Source: Chiloscyllium plagiosum
Lineage: Eukaryota
Direction of reading: 5' to 3'
NCBI RefSeq assembly: GCF_004010195.1
Contig: NC_057718.1
Span: 22,099,714-22,163,713, forward strand
DNA: 64,000 nucleotides
Shown in pieces: positions 63,064 to 64,000 of this stretch. Under the pieces are notes generated by a model. That model did not search any database. It was given only the letters and a program-made list of their open reading frames with translations, and was not told the DNA's origin. The translations under genes and the position numbers were made by a program. Positions within the stretch are counted from its first letter, which is position 1, and each line of letters opens with the position of its first letter.

Positions 63064-63287
63064 CATGATGTGGAGGCACCGGTGTTGGACTGGGGTAGAC
63101 AAAGTTAAAAATCATACAACACTAGGTTATAGTCCAACAGATTTATTTTGAAGCACTAGCTTTCGGAGCACTGCTCCTTCATAAAGTAGCTCCTTCACAG
63201 CTACCTGATGAAGGAGTAGTGCTCCAAAAGCTAGTGCTTCCAAATAAATCTGTTGGACTATAACCTGATGTTGTGTGATTTTTAACT
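63064..63287. mobile_element. Family B fold-back insertion with two opposed hammerhead motifs
   Basis: About 85-bp inverted arms; TSD TAGTATGACAAA (63052-63063) / TAGTATAACAAA (63288-63299). Confidence 0.87.
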
Positions 63288-63794
63288 TAGTATAACAAAG
63301 GCCGCTATTCCTTTAGCTCTGAGTATTAAAATAACTTGCCAGTATCCCTTTAATAAATCAATTTTGGTAAGAAATCTGACATTGCTAGCCCATTGCTGTC
63401 TTCTAAGTGTGGATTTGGGTAGAAATCTGCCTTTGTTACTGCATTAACCTTTCCATAGTTGATGCAGGGCCCAATTGGACCATCAAGGCCGAGGCATTGG
63501 CATTACTGGAGAACCCAAGCTGCTTTTCTGGGTTTGATTAGGCAGTTTTCTAAAGTGTATTGGATTTCTGCTTTCACCTTGGGCTGTTTCTCTGGATCTA
63601 AATGATAAGGGCTCTGTTTAATAGAAAAGGATTCTTCTATATCTGCACTATGTATGGGTAAGAATACATTTCTATGTCTATACCATATATATCTGGTTTA
63701 TTGTTACAGATTCTTTTGCATTTGGTGAATAACCTTGTTAAGTATTATATTTCTTTTGCCTCTCGGTATGAAAGCATGGTGTTTAACCTCTAAA

Positions 63795-64000
63795 AGGTAA
63801 AAACAATGACTGCAGATGCTGGAAACCAGATTCTGGATTAGAGGTGCTGGAAAAGCACAGCAGTTGAGGCAGCATCTGAGGAGCAGTAAAATCAACGTTT
63901 CAGGCAAAAGCTCTTCATCAGGAATACAGGCAGAGTGCCTGAAGGGTGGAGAGATAAATGAGAGGAGGGTGGGGTGAGAATGAAGGTGATAGGCAGGTAG
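63795..64000 (-). mobile_element. Family A PLE terminal repeat with hammerhead motif (continues past window end)
   Basis: Minus strand ATTC-CTGATGA-AGAGCTTTTGCCT-GAAACGTT-GATT at about 63890-63925. Confidence 0.82.

Larger units (their letters stand above)
60430..63790 (-). mobile_element. Decayed Gypsy internal pol region with nested CR1, MITE and family B element
   Basis: Minus-strand IKQSPYHLDPEK..EIQY, INYGKVNAVTKADFYP, LTKIDLLKGYWQV, DGLFQCLVMPF..PATFQR, VVYLNDVLVY. Confidence 0.85.

Overview
Eukaryotic, repeat-dominated intergenic or intronic DNA. The repeat families (HE1-type tRNA SINEs, DeuSINE/SacSINE-like SINEs, CR1 LINEs) point to a cartilaginous fish, most likely a shark (inference). 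I found no intact host gene. Contents: many CR1 fragments from two families; a near full-length decayed L1-clade LINE with its TSD (8071-14382); two solo LTRs of one family; a decayed Gypsy element; Penelope-like elements (PLEs, RT + GIY-YIG); Tc1/mariner (Tigger-like) MITEs; a Harbinger Myb/SANT remnant; a Rex1/Babar tail; a processed ferritin pseudogene (25005-25405); and three assembly gaps. Highlights: (1) Two families of minimal type-I hammerhead ribozyme motifs, each with a self-complementary stem-III tetramer (ACGT or AGCT), occur in short TSD-flanked insertions, including an intact tandem dimer at 31807-31888. (2) A 1.1-kb near-perfect palindrome (20412-21503) has loops that are the 22-nt 3' tail of a HE1/CR1 retroposon, suggesting fold-back duplication during retrotransposition. 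(3) Several short insertions were copied from nearby sequence. Family names come from recognising motifs by eye, not from database searches, and the boundaries of old repeats are approximate.
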